Part shown: positions 1 to 10,908 of the stretch, one piece after another | Layout of the letters: each line of letters begins with the position of its first letter | Numbering within the stretch: the first letter of the stretch is position 1 | Source: Callorhinchus milii | Taxonomy: Eukaryota | Reading direction: 5' to 3' | Assembly: GCF_018977255.1 (NCBI RefSeq) | Contig: NW_024704743.1 | Coordinates: 11,038,001-11,102,000, forward strand | Length of the DNA stretch: 64,000 nucleotides | Made by a program: the position numbers and the translations under genes | The notes under the pieces: model-generated | What the model saw: the letters and a program-made list of their open reading frames with translations, nothing else | What the model was told of the DNA's origin: nothing | Database searches by the model: none

Positions 1-282
1 CTAGCTTGCAAACTTGGAAATTGTACTCCCTGTGCCCAAATGCATTATATTGCCTGTTGAGACGTCCTCTCGATGTGAAAGGTGCTACATCAAACATAAG
101 GATTGCCTCATGCCTCAACAAATTTGTTTGTTCATCTGGTGATGCTGCTGCTGCTGCATCTTTTTGGAAAAATTCTTCTTGTCAGGAGAATGTCTAAAAG
201 TGCTTCACAGGATATATTGTGAAGTTTAGGGAATTGTGCCAGCCAACTCACATACAAAAAAGTCACATAAAAAAACCATGAA

Positions 283-526
283 GAGAATGACCAATCTTAC
301 CTGGGAAAATGCTGGCCAGGACATTGGGGATAGTACCATGGGATCTGTAACTTCCACTTGAACAGACAAATGGGATCTTGGTTTAATATCCAAAGGAGCG
401 CACCTCCAACAAGGTAGCACACACTCAGAGTTGGAGTATCATTGGAGTATCATTCCTAGACCAATTCCTAATGTGGGATCATAACTTACAAGCTTCTATC
501 GCAGAGAGGAGAGTGCTACCTGTTGA
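283..526 (-). mobile_element. Old Deu-domain SINE fragment (SacSINE1/AmnSINE-like)
   Basis: Reverse complement of the Deu core (ccatgggatc...ccacttgaacagaca...cttggtttaat) and of the tRNA-like head; homologous to the + copies at 12983 and 56041. Confidence 0.65.
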
Positions 527-1309
527 ATATCCTTTTAGAAAATAAAGACCATTTAACTAGGACTAATGAAAGGGGATCAGGAGGTAGAAAAGGAGGTAGC
601 AGGGAGAACTGACTAGAGGGATTTTGGTTGGATTCTTTGATTTGTAACTTGTGAGCTGAGAATAAAAGAGATAAAAGATTTTGAGATGAGGAGGAAATTT
701 TTTTAGAAAAAGGGATCTGATATCAAGGTAAGCCTGAAAGGAAATTAAGAAAAGGACAGGCAAAAGCCTAGGTTTTTCCCTGTTTAGGGAAACTCAGATA
801 AATATTTTTTTGGCTAGACATGGGGGGAAATAAATAGGAGTGGAAAGGGGAAGGAGAGGAGAGAGAAGGTCACCAGTGTGAAAGTAGGAGAAATAGTTGA
901 GGATATGGTGTAGGAAAGCACCAATGGATATACTGGGTATAGAATGAGAAATACAAGTGAAAATGTCAGGGAAGCTGAAAGAAGAGTGGGGCAAAAGTAA
1001 TGGTAGCAGTGAGAGGAGAAATTGTGGTGGAAAAAAGAGAAGTGCAATCAGACGAGAAGGGCAAAGGAGAGGAAAGTGAGACTGAAAAAGTGGTGAGGAA
1101 AAGAGAATTGGAGAAAAGTGAGAAAGCTGCAGCGAAGCAGTGTGGGGAAATAGCAGAGAAGAATAGATGGGGGAGTGGAAATAAGATGGCGGCAAGTGGA
1201 GTGAAAAGTGGATGATGGCGAAGATGCAGCAGGAAGCCACGATGATGTGGTGGGAAGCTGTGAGGCTACGGCAGGAAGTCGTGAGGCCGATAAGGCAGGA
1301 CATGGCGGA

Positions 1310-2020
1310 AACAAGAAGAAGAACAACAACAACCTCAAGATTGCAGTTGTATAGTGCCTTTCACATCAGGAGGATGTCCCAAGGTGCTGGACAGTGCACA
1401 GCATTTCAGATCCGAGTTGGGATTAGGGGGTAGAAGGGCAGGGAGGGGAAGGGGGATGGCTGAAGAGGAGGGTTTTAAGGCGGGACTTGAAGGAGGCTAA
1501 GGAGGGGGTGAGGTGGAGTGATTGGGGGATGGAATTCCAGAAGTTGAGAGCAGAGTGGCTGAAGGCTCTCCTGCCAATGGTGGGGCAGGTGTGACGGGGG
1601 ACGCAGAGCAGGCCAGAGCCAGCTGAGCGGAGAGAATGGGTGGGTTGGTAGGGGGTTAGGAGGGCGCAGAGGTAGGGTGGGGCGAGGCCATGGAGGGCTT
1701 TGTAGGTGAGGACCAGGATGTTGAACTGGATCGTCTGAAGGATAGGGAGCCAATGGAGTCATGCGAGAATCGGGGGATGGGGTCATGGAGTTTGGTGCGG
1801 GAGAGGACACGGGCTGCAGAGTTCTGGATTATCTGCAGCCTGTGGAGGGAGGAGTTGGGAAGGCAGACAAGCAGGGTGTTTGCATAGTCGAGCCTGGAGG
1901 TGATGAAGGCATGAACAAGAGTTTTAGCAGCCTGAGGGGTGAGGTAGTGGTGGAGTCGGGCAATGTTACGGAGGTGAGGGAAGGCAGAGCGGGTCATGGC
2001 TTGGATGTGGGGAAGAAAAG
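1310..2020 (-). mobile_element. L2 LINE 3' fragment inserted in Tx1 copy A
   Basis: Minus ORF 1656-2204 contains HLRNIARLHHYLTPQAAKTLVHAFITSRLDYAN...LQIIQNSAARVL (L2 ORF2 C-terminus); (CAA)n on + is the (TTG)n tail. Confidence 0.92.
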
Positions 2021-2699
2021 ACAGTTGACGGAAAACCGTGAGGATGCGGCAGGAAGCCACGAGAACATGGTGGAAAAAACCATTAGACCAAATAAGGTAG
2101 GACCCAAAGCTGCGGCATGAGGCAGAGAAGGCAGGGCCCAAAGTAGTGGCAGAAAACCATGAGGACATGATGGGAAGCCGTGAGGCAGTGAAGGTAGGGC
2201 CCAAAACTACAATGGAAAGTTATGGAGGGAGGGAAAATGATGAAACAGGAAACAGTGAGACCACGGAGTTAAGCCACAAAGCCGCGGGGGAAATTGCTGA
2301 GGCAGAACAGGCAGGACCCTAAGGTGCAGTGGAAAGCAAGAAGGCAGTGAATGAGAGCGGGGAAGGTGAAGCCGGGGCGGTGGAGAGGAGAACAGCACTC
2401 GGAGAATGAGAAGGGGACACCCTTGAAAGCGGGGTGGAAGAACCCCCAGCACCAAGGCCAGCAGAGGGTGGAGAACACCTACTGGAGAGGAGACTTTCTG
2501 CAACCAAATGGGGGCACAGAAGGAAAAGAAATGAAGAAAGAATTGAGCAGAGCCATGGGGTAGTGCAAGCCCAACCCTCTGGAAATGAAGGGTGATGGAA
2601 CTGAGGGACCAGGTAAGGAAGCAGCAAAAGCACTGGAAGCTGTAGCTTGAGGTGATGAGGTGACCTCCAGCCAGGGGTAGCCAAAGGCCACCCCCCAAC

Positions 2700-3993
2700 C
2701 CCATATCATATGTGTCTGCGGTCAGGGGACAAGCAAGCACAAAAAAAGGAGAAAAGTGGAGGACTTATATATAAAAGACTTCATCCTTTTCGAGGTCCGG
2801 TAAGATGTGTCATATAATATGGACAGAATAGCCTTTGTAAAGAAGGCTTTGATGGGATTCTGTGCTGTATAAAAGGATCAAATGATCCTGACCCTATATG
2901 AGATTATGGCCCTGTTCCAAGAGAGGTTAAGACAGGAGAGGAAACCCCTTGTAAGAATGAATGACCCCCCAAGTGCCGGAGCCCGACATCCGGGATTTTT
3001 TGGAGAGGCACTGTGAGGAGGTGCTCAATATAAGGGAGACAAAGAGGAGGTGGGGATTTGGGAGTGGGAGGTGTGGCTGAAGCTGTATCAGAGAGGTGAG
3101 GGTAGTGTTGCTCACATTCTCTCCTGATTTAGCATTGGGAACTGTGCTATCCTGGACAGCCCCAAGCATGCCTGAGATGTAAACAGGTTACATTGCAGCC
3201 TGCACGCAGAATGTGTGTTGGAACTACAAAAGTTTTGTCAAAAGACTGCCCGACAGCCAAAAGGTGTGACATGTGCAGTGAAACGGGACACCTTTACAAC
3301 ACTTGCCCAAAGAGGTTGCCACCCCGGAATCCAGATGAGGCAGCAGATGTTGAAGGGAAAGCAGGTGGTCACACAAAAGGGTCACACAACAGGAAGAGAG
3401 GAAAAAAGGGAAGCAAAGGAGAAGGAGGTCGTGCTGCTCATGGAGGAAAAGGTAATACCCGGGCAGGCAAACATGGAATCGTCTTTGGACGATACCTCCT
3501 CCGAGGAAGAAATAGAGTCAAGCGAGAAGGAAGACCGCGAGGAAGAGATGGAGGTAAACCGAGAAAAACTTATAAAACCTCCAAGCCAGAACAGGAAGAG
3601 AGACAAATAAAAAGGTCTGGAAAAGAGGGACTGCAGGTGGCTGGCAAAAGGGCACAAGAAAAAAAGAAGAGGGTGAAAACCCAACAGAAGGGAATATGGA
3701 CATGGACCGTGAAGGAGCAGGGTGACAGCTATATGGGGGAAAGAAAGGCGGGAACCCCAAAAAAGTATGGACAATTGGATGAGGTTTCTGCCAGACACCC
3801 CCAACAACAATGGGGAGTAAAAGCAGGAAGGGGACTGGAGATGGAGAGACAAAGAAATTGGAAAACCCCCAGACTACAGGAAAAAGTGGGGAGTTTTCTG
3901 CCAGCTGCCCCAACATTATCCTTGGGATTAAAAACAGGCAGAGGACTTGTGATATGGGGAATATGGGAAACCGGAAATAGAAGGAAAGAATGA
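2700..3993 (+). pseudogene. Tx1 ORF1 (gag-like, ZCCHC3-like zinc-knuckle protein), disrupted
   Basis: SYVSAVRG, MDRIAFVKKALMGFC, YPGQPQACLRC and CDMCSETGHLYNTC (C-x2-C-x4-H-x4-C, ~3265-3306); stops and frameshifts; true start is probably further upstream. Confidence 0.8.
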
Positions 3994-4149
3994 AGTTTTG
4001 GTCAAGGGTCCTGCCAGCTCTCCCAAAGATGTTTGGAAGAGATCCGACCAGGAGTTGGGAAAAGAAGGGGACAAGGAAAAGGTGGTAAATATAGGGTAAA
4101 ATGTCATTGAGGATAGGTATCCTGAATTTGAGCAGCGTATATGATAAAA

Positions 4150-6690
4150 CACATTGTGTTGTGACACTCCAGTACCTGTCCAGGGTAAAGTCCGATGTTG
4201 TGTTCCTGCAGGAGTGCTGGATCCCGCACTACGACAGCTATGGAGCCTGGTCCAAGTGGTAGGATTCCTTTGGACCCTCTGTGTGGTCCAGCGGTAATGA
4301 CAGCTGCAGCCCTGGAGTGGCAGTCCTACTTCGGAAGAAAAACCTCACTATCACTGACTGTAACAAGGTGGTGGGTGGGGGAGACTCTTCGTGGTGGACA
4401 GATTGTATAACGGAGCTCCGATCAGGCTTATTAATGTGTATGCCCCAACAGGGAAGAACGAATGCCTGGCCCTGATCCAGATGCTTTCTGCGCTGTTGCT
4501 CACACCCAGACCAGTCAGTCTAGGAGGAGATTTCAATTATATATTGGAGAGAGATGGGAGATCTACCAAATCTGATGGGAAAATGGACGTCATGACCAAG
4601 CTGCTCCAAAGATGGATGCGCAGTAGCGTGACATTTTCAACATTTTCAAGGCCGCTGCAGATGGTGCACCAAAGCTTTTCCAGGCCAAATGTGTCATTTT
4701 TTTCACGCATAGATTTCCTGTTTGTTTTGAGAGGTCTCGAGGTTAAGAGTACAGATGTCCAACCGGCGTTCTTTACTGACCACTGCCTCCTGCTGGCTAA
4801 TCTGCAAGTGCAGGAAAGTCATAGGACAGGTAAGGGGACATGGAAATTAAACATGAAATTAATGACCCGGGAAAATATTGAGGAGTTGCAGAAGGAGTAT
4901 TGAGGGTGGAAGTCCTTGAGGGATTTCTGCGACTCCTCGACTGAATGGTGGGGAATGGTAAAGATAAGAATTAAGAAATTCTTTGTTCAGAAAGGGGTAA
5001 GGTTAGCTCTAGCTAGGCATAAGAAAATGGCTAGACTGTAGACCAGGGCCTCCTGCGGCAGCAATTGGAAAGCACAGAGGTTAGGGAGGAACTTGAGGAG
5101 ATGAGAGTCCCAACAAACCTTGCTCTTTGCCTCCAGGTGTACAACAGTCAGGAGGGGATTATGGCGGACTCAATGAGAAAAGGCAACATCATCCTGATAT
5201 TTAAAAATTAATGGGAGAGGGAAAAGATGAAAAACTGGAGGCCGATTTCACTGCTAAATGTAAGATCTTAGTTTCTGAGAGGATTAAGACTGTGCTGGAT
5301 AAGGTGATACACCCTGACCAGACCTGTGCAATTCCAGGCCAGAGGATCTCTGACAACCTTGCATTGCTCAGGGATACCATCACCTACATGCAGGACAGTG
5401 GAGTGGAGACTTGCCTAATCAGTCTGGATCAGGAGAAAGCCTTTGACAGAGTATCTCATGACTACATGTTGGGCATCTGCGACTGTTTCGAATGGGCTTT
5501 GGCACCAGGGTAAATAGACAAAAAGATGAGGTGATGTATTTCGTCAACTGGCGAGAACCCAAATGTATACCATTTGTAGTCATGCTGGATTACATCAAAA
5601 TCCTAGGCATCTGGTTTGGGGCTGTCGGGGCATGCAAGAAAAACTGGGACAAACGGATAATGCAAGAAGAAACTGGTAGGTGGCAACAGCACTCACTGTC
5701 AATCACTGGGAAAAATCTGGTGATCCAGTGCTAGGTGATCTCTGTTCAATCACCAGAGCCATTTTTCAATTTATCTGGAGATCTGGGAAGGATCGCGTCA
5801 GCAGAGCCACAATGCATAAGACTCCAGATAATGGAGGTAAGGGCGTCCCAGATGCAGCCCAGATTATCATGGCCACTTTCATGTGCAGCTGCGTGAGAAT
5901 ATGCCTGGAGTCCTGCTATGTAGGCTCTGTGTACTGATACATGCTGGGCTTTTATCTGTATTCAGTATTAAGAAGGATGGGGCTGGCGGACGCACCGCAG
6001 AACACTTCTTTCAGTTGGCGTGTCCCAAGGTATTAGGCGAAATAGAAAAATTCCTGTCCAGGAATATTGTGGACCCTGTGGGATTACCAAGTGGTCAGCA
6101 CAGGAGGTGATAGGCATTATCCGAGAGAGAGAGGTGAGGGAAATGATAGTCGGGTACCCTTCGGCAACTGTCAGCCAGATCTGGAAGAACGTCTCGTAAC
6201 CAGCCCTGTTCAACAAACACCAAGATGTGGCCTCGATGGCAGTCAAAAGATCCCTCCCTCTCCAGGCTTTTATGCACTACAGAGGCTTGGGCCCGACTGC
6301 ATGCTGCTCTCGGGAAGTTTGCGGAAGTAAGGAGAGTGTGGAGCACTTTTTCCTGCAGTGCACATACACCAAGGAGGTGTGGAAAAGGACACCGTGGCTA
6401 CTCTCACGTTTCGTCACAGAAGTTCTGCTGTCATGGCACCCTGTGCTGTATGGCCTCTTCCCAGGGACGCATGGAGAGACATACATCGAATGTGCATTAA
6501 GGGTCATCAACTCGGTGAAGGAAGCCCTGTGGGACTGCCGAAACTGGATGGTCTTCAGGCATGGAGATGGGGGTCATTAAAGGCCTGCTACAGGCGAGAT
6601 TCAGGGAATACGTCATGAGGGACCCGCTAAAGCTGGGGCTAAACACAGATGGGGCCTGACCCAGGCCAGAGGATCTCCATGATGCTTTAG
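4150..6690 (+). pseudogene. Tx1 ORF2 (APE endonuclease/reverse transcriptase), disrupted, RT core partly deleted
   Basis: VVFLQEC, INVYAP, GGDFN, SRIDF, FTDH, GKGTWKLN; WRPISLLN, IHPDQTCAIPGQRISDN, SLDQEKAFDRVSHDY; C-terminal CCSREVCGSKESVEHFFLQC; no YADD segment seen (jump near 5490). Confidence 0.9.
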
Positions 6691-7695
6691 TGCCACCTCC
6701 CCACACGGCAGGGTATCTATGCTCAGCGAAGGTTTGTAGAGAGGGACACCTGACCTGTAAGCAGAGAATGTCCCAAGATGTGATGTGTGTGGGTGGGTTG
6801 AAAAAAGTCTCTCCCCATGAAGGGGGGAGAAACAAAGTGGGAATTTTGGCTTGCCATCCATAAGGGAAGGAAGGCAGAGCTGGGAATAGCCCAAAGTGTA
6901 ACTGCTCCATGAAAATAAAGGCAGCAGAATAGAGAAGCGAGGAGGCCCTGGTCCCTCCGCTCGAGGAGAGTGGGAGACAGTAGCGGCCGACACAAGATAA
7001 GGGGCACTTCTTTCAAAATATCGAATTTGAAGTGGATGGGTTTTATTTTTTTATGGCTGTGTTTTCTTTCCACGAGGAATGTATTGTTTGTATAATTGCT
7101 TAGTGAACAAAAGGGCGATTTCTTACAGTTTTGAAATGTGTTCTTTTTCGTGAATGTTTCTTTGTTTCTGTGATGGGTGTGTTTTAATATTAATATATGT
7201 GGAAAGTTGAATATATTTTTTATATATACTAAATAAATATATATTTGTTTTAAAAAAAAGGAGCTGAGAATAAAAGGGTTTTTGAAGTGAAGGAAAAAAA
7301 TAGAGAGGGTCCTTTATCAGGCTCCTGAGAGGAGACTGGAGAAAAGACGAGCAAAAGCCTGGGTTTTTCCCCTGTTTAGGGAAAACTGGGTTTAAATTTT
7401 TGCCTAATCATGTGGAAAAAGAATAGGAGTGGGAAGGTGAATGAGTGGAGGGAGATGACAGGGATTGGTTTGGAAGAAGAAGAATTAGAAAGTAAAGTGT
7501 ATAAAAACACCAGGAGGCATAGAACAAGAAGTAGGAACAAAAATGGCAGGGAAGCTGAAAGCAGAGAGAGGGGGAAAAGTAATAGTAGAAATAAGAAGAG
7601 AAATGGTGGTGGAGACAAGAGAAGTAGAGGAAGGGAGGAGAAAGGGAAAGGAGAGAAAAATGGGACGGAGAAAGTGGTAAGGAAAAGAGAGGAGA

Positions 7696-7985
7696 AAACA
7701 ACAACAACAACAAGATTCCATTTATAGAGCGCCTTTCACATCAGGAGGATGTCCCAAGGCGCTGTACAGTTGGGTCAGGACCCAAGGGAGGGAGCGAGGA
7801 GGGGGTAGAGAGTCGAGAGGGGAGCTGAAGGCACGGTCAAAGAGAAAGGTCTTGAGACCGGCCTTGAAGGAGGAAAGGGAGGAAGGCCAGCGAGGAGAGA
7901 GTTCCCATAGTCCAGCTTTGAGGTGATAAAGGCGTGGACCAGAGTTTCAGCAGCGTGAGGGGTGAGGTAGTGCCGTAGTCTGGCG
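7696..7985 (-). mobile_element. L2 3' fragment (internally deleted) inserted in Tx1 copy B
   Basis: (CAA)n then gattccatttatagagcgcctttcacatcaggaggatgtcccaaggcgctgtac, same family as 37916-38481. Confidence 0.85.
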
Positions 7986-8690
7986 AAGTGAGAAAGCTTC
8001 CGTGAAGCAAAATGGGGTAAAAAGCAAAGAAGGATACAGTGTGGAGTGGAAATAAGATGGCGGGGCTGAGAGGGTCATGGAAGTGGAAACAGGCGGATGA
8101 AGACGTGGCGGAAAGCTGACACAGGAAGCTGGGAGTCCAAGGAGGTGGGACCCAAAGGCACGGCGGAAAGCAGAAAAGCCATGAAGGAGAGCAGTGAAGG
8201 TGAAGCCGGGGCGGTGGAATGGAGAGCAGCGCTAGGAGAACGAGCCCTGAAGACCAACGAGAGCAGAGGGGAGAGAATCCGTAACACCGAGGAGAGCAGA
8301 AGGGAGAGAATCTCTAATACTGAGGATCCTGTGGAGGAGAGATTTTCTGTGACCAAACAGGGTGCAGAAGCAAAGGAAATGAGGAAAGATGTGGGCTGAG
8401 CTACTGGGCAGTGCAAACCCAACCCCAGGAAACGAAGGGTGATGGACGTGAGGGGTCAGGTCAGGGAGCAACAAAGGCACCAGATACTGCAGCTCCCTCT
8501 AGGGGTGATGAGGCGACCTCCAGCCAGGAGCACCTGAGGCCCTCCACCCCAACCCCATATCATATGCGTCTGTGGTCGGAGGACAAACAAATGGACGTAA
8601 AAATAGAAACGAGGAGGACTTATACATGAAGAACTCCATCCTTTTCAAGGTCCAGGACGATGTGCCATATAATATGGACAGAACATATGT

Positions 8691-8996
8691 GCTCAGTGGT
8701 TAGAGCACTCGCTTTGCAAGCGAGAGATCTGGGTTCGATTCCCGGCAGGGCGAAACCTTGGGCAAGTTTCCTTACTCCATACGCCCAATAATAATCCCTC
8801 CAAAAAAACAAAACAATAATAAATTGGTCATTTTGAATCCATGACTGTTTGTGGGACATTGCTGTGCGCAATTGGCTGCCGCGTTCGCCCACAAATATAC
8901 GGTCAATTCACTTTACAGTGTGTTCTGTGAAGCGCTTTTGGACGTCCTCCCGACGTGAAAAGCGCTATATCAAATGCAAGGATTATTATTATTATT
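8691..8996 (+). mobile_element. tRNA-derived SINE (short form; partial CORE + Deu + L2 tail)
   Basis: A-box gctcagtggttagagc, anticodon-like arm ctcgc-tttgcaa-gcgag, B-box gggttcgattcc, Deu block, L2 stem-loop, (TTA)n tail. Confidence 0.93.
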
Positions 8997-9172
8997 TTAT
9001 ATTCTATGCCCAGGATTAAGAACAGCCTTCATAAAGTTTTATTTGCCTGTCCTGCCACCTTAAGGGCTTTGATGGGATGAACCCCAGGTCTCTCTGTCCC
9101 TGCAGCTCAATAAAGATTGTACCATCAGCTTATAAAGCCTCTCTTTATTCTTCCTCCCAAACTGCATCTCTG
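8997..9172 (-). mobile_element. CR1 LINE ORF2 internal fragment
   Basis: Reverse complement matches the CR1 at ~21500-21670 (gatggtacaatc...gacctggggttcat...aaggtggcaggacagg). Confidence 0.75.
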
Positions 9173-9464
9173 CAGACAACAACAAAATTACATTTTTATA
9201 GCATCTCTCACGTCGGGAGGATGTCCCAAGGCGCTGATAAAGGAACGAGGTGACATGCATCTCATTTGAGGAGGTGATGAAGTTGAAGGAGATCACCCTC
9301 CAGAATCAAGGGGAGGAGTTCCTGAGTCCGCATGAGTTTAGGGCTCTCTTCCAAGTGAGATTAAGGCAGTAGAGGAAAGATCTTCTAAGAATGAGTGATC
9401 CCCAACTGCCAGAGTCCAATATCCGCATTTTATTAGTAGAAGCACTGTGAGGACGTGCTTAATA

Positions 9465-9967
9465 TAATAATAATAATAATAATCCTTGCATTTGATATAG
9501 CGCTTTTCACATTTTCTAGACGTCTCAAAGCGCTTCACAGAATATACTGTAAAGTGAATTGACTGTATATTTGTGGGCGAAACGCGGCAGCCAATTGTGC
9601 ATAGCAGTGTCCCACAACCAGTCGTGGATTGAGAATGACCAATTTATTATTGTTTTGTTTTTTGGAGGGATTATTTTTAGGCGTGTGGAGTAAGGAAACT
9701 TGCCCAAAGTTTTGCCATCATGAGGTGAAAAGCCAATTTGAGGCATGTAAGTGTTGGCGAGGTCAATCTCTCTTTTCCAAGGACTGAAGACTCCAAGAAT
9801 TCCTCATTGACTAACAAACGGTTTCCTACTTACTGCTGGTAAACAGAGGCATGTGTGAGGAGTAAGGAAACTTGCCCAACGTTTCGTCCTGTCTTGCCTG
9901 GGAATCTAACCCAAGTCCGCTCGCTTGTGAGGCGAGGGCTCTAACCACTGAGCTACAGAGGACTCCA
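9465..9967 (-). mobile_element. SINE pieces: short-form body (9465-9716) plus long-form head (9805-9967)
   Basis: (TAA)n, tail and Deu block, then cctacttactgctggtaaacagaggca and ctaaccactgagctac...ggactcca. Confidence 0.85.
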
Positions 9968-10586
9968 GTCCTATGTTTCTAAGCAACTCCATGTGACACT
10001 CCAAACAGCTCAGTAACTATTTTTTCCAATGAAGTTAATAAATTAAATAAATCAATGAAGTTAAACAAGGGAGATAAAGGAGGTAGAGGTCTGGGCATCC
10101 AAGTGGGATGTGTGGCTGAAGCCACTGGAAAGGTGAAGTTGCTCACATCCCTCTCCAGATATAACATTGGGAGCTTCAGGGGGACCCTGTATTATCCTGG
10201 ACAGCCACGAGCATGCCTGAGATGTGGACAGGTGGGGGACTACTTTGCAGCCTGCACAAAAACTGTGTTGGAACTGCAGAAGTTTCGTCCACTTGGCAAA
10301 AAACTGCCCTACGGGAAAAAGATTTGACTTGTTTGGGGAAACTGGACACCTTTACTGTACTTGCACAAGTGGGCAGAAACCAGTCCTGATCCGTCAACCT
10401 ACAGCCCAAGTAAGGCAGCAGGTGACAGAGGTAAAGCAGGCCATCAACAAAAAGGGCCGCAACAGGAAGCTAAGAAATAAGGACAGCAACAGGAGGCGGA
10501 GGTCGTGCTGCTCGTGGAGGATATTTTGATACCCAGGCAGGTGAACATGGATGATACCTCCTCCGGGGAAGACATAGTATATAGTT

Positions 10587-10908
10587 GTGAAGTCCTGTAG
10601 CTCAGTGGTTAGAGCGCTCGCTTTGCAAGCGAGAGACCTGAGTTCAATTCCAGGCAGGGCGAAACCTTGGGCAAGTTTCCTTACTCCACACAGAGCCTAA
10701 TAATAATCCCTCCAAAACCCAAAACAATAATAAATTGGTCATTTTCAATCTACGACTGTCTGTGGGACATTGCTGTGGGCAATTGGATGCCGCGTTTGCC
10801 CACAAATATACAGTAAATTCACTTTACAGTGTGTTCTGTGAAACGCTTTGGGACGTCCTCCCGACGTGAAAAGCACTATATCAAATGCAAGGATTATTAT
10901 TATTATTA
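10587..10908 (+). mobile_element. Young tRNA-SINE inserted in ORF1 of Tx1 copy B
   Basis: Full head agtcctgtagctcagtggttagagc through (TTA)n; ORF1 sequence resumes at gactcaagtgaggag. Confidence 0.95.

Larger units (their letters stand above)
665..7259 (+). mobile_element. Tx1-clade (L1 group) non-LTR retrotransposon, copy A; full-length outline, decayed
   Basis: ORF1 with CCHC knuckle, ORF2 with APE endonuclease, RT and C-terminal CCHC remnants, 3'UTR, AATAAA at 7232 and A8 tail at 7252-7259; flanked by GTGAGCTGAGAATA (651-664) and GGAGCTGAGAATA (7260-7272). Confidence 0.88.

Noticed and set aside
3193..3993. Domesticated ZCCHC3-like gene
   Set aside because: Multiple stops and frameshifts, and embedded in a complete Tx1 structure.
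1310..7985. Shared L2 insertion in both Tx1 copies (would imply duplication)
   Set aside because: The insertion points differ by ~200 bp in homologous coordinates and the L2 pieces differ, so they are independent events.
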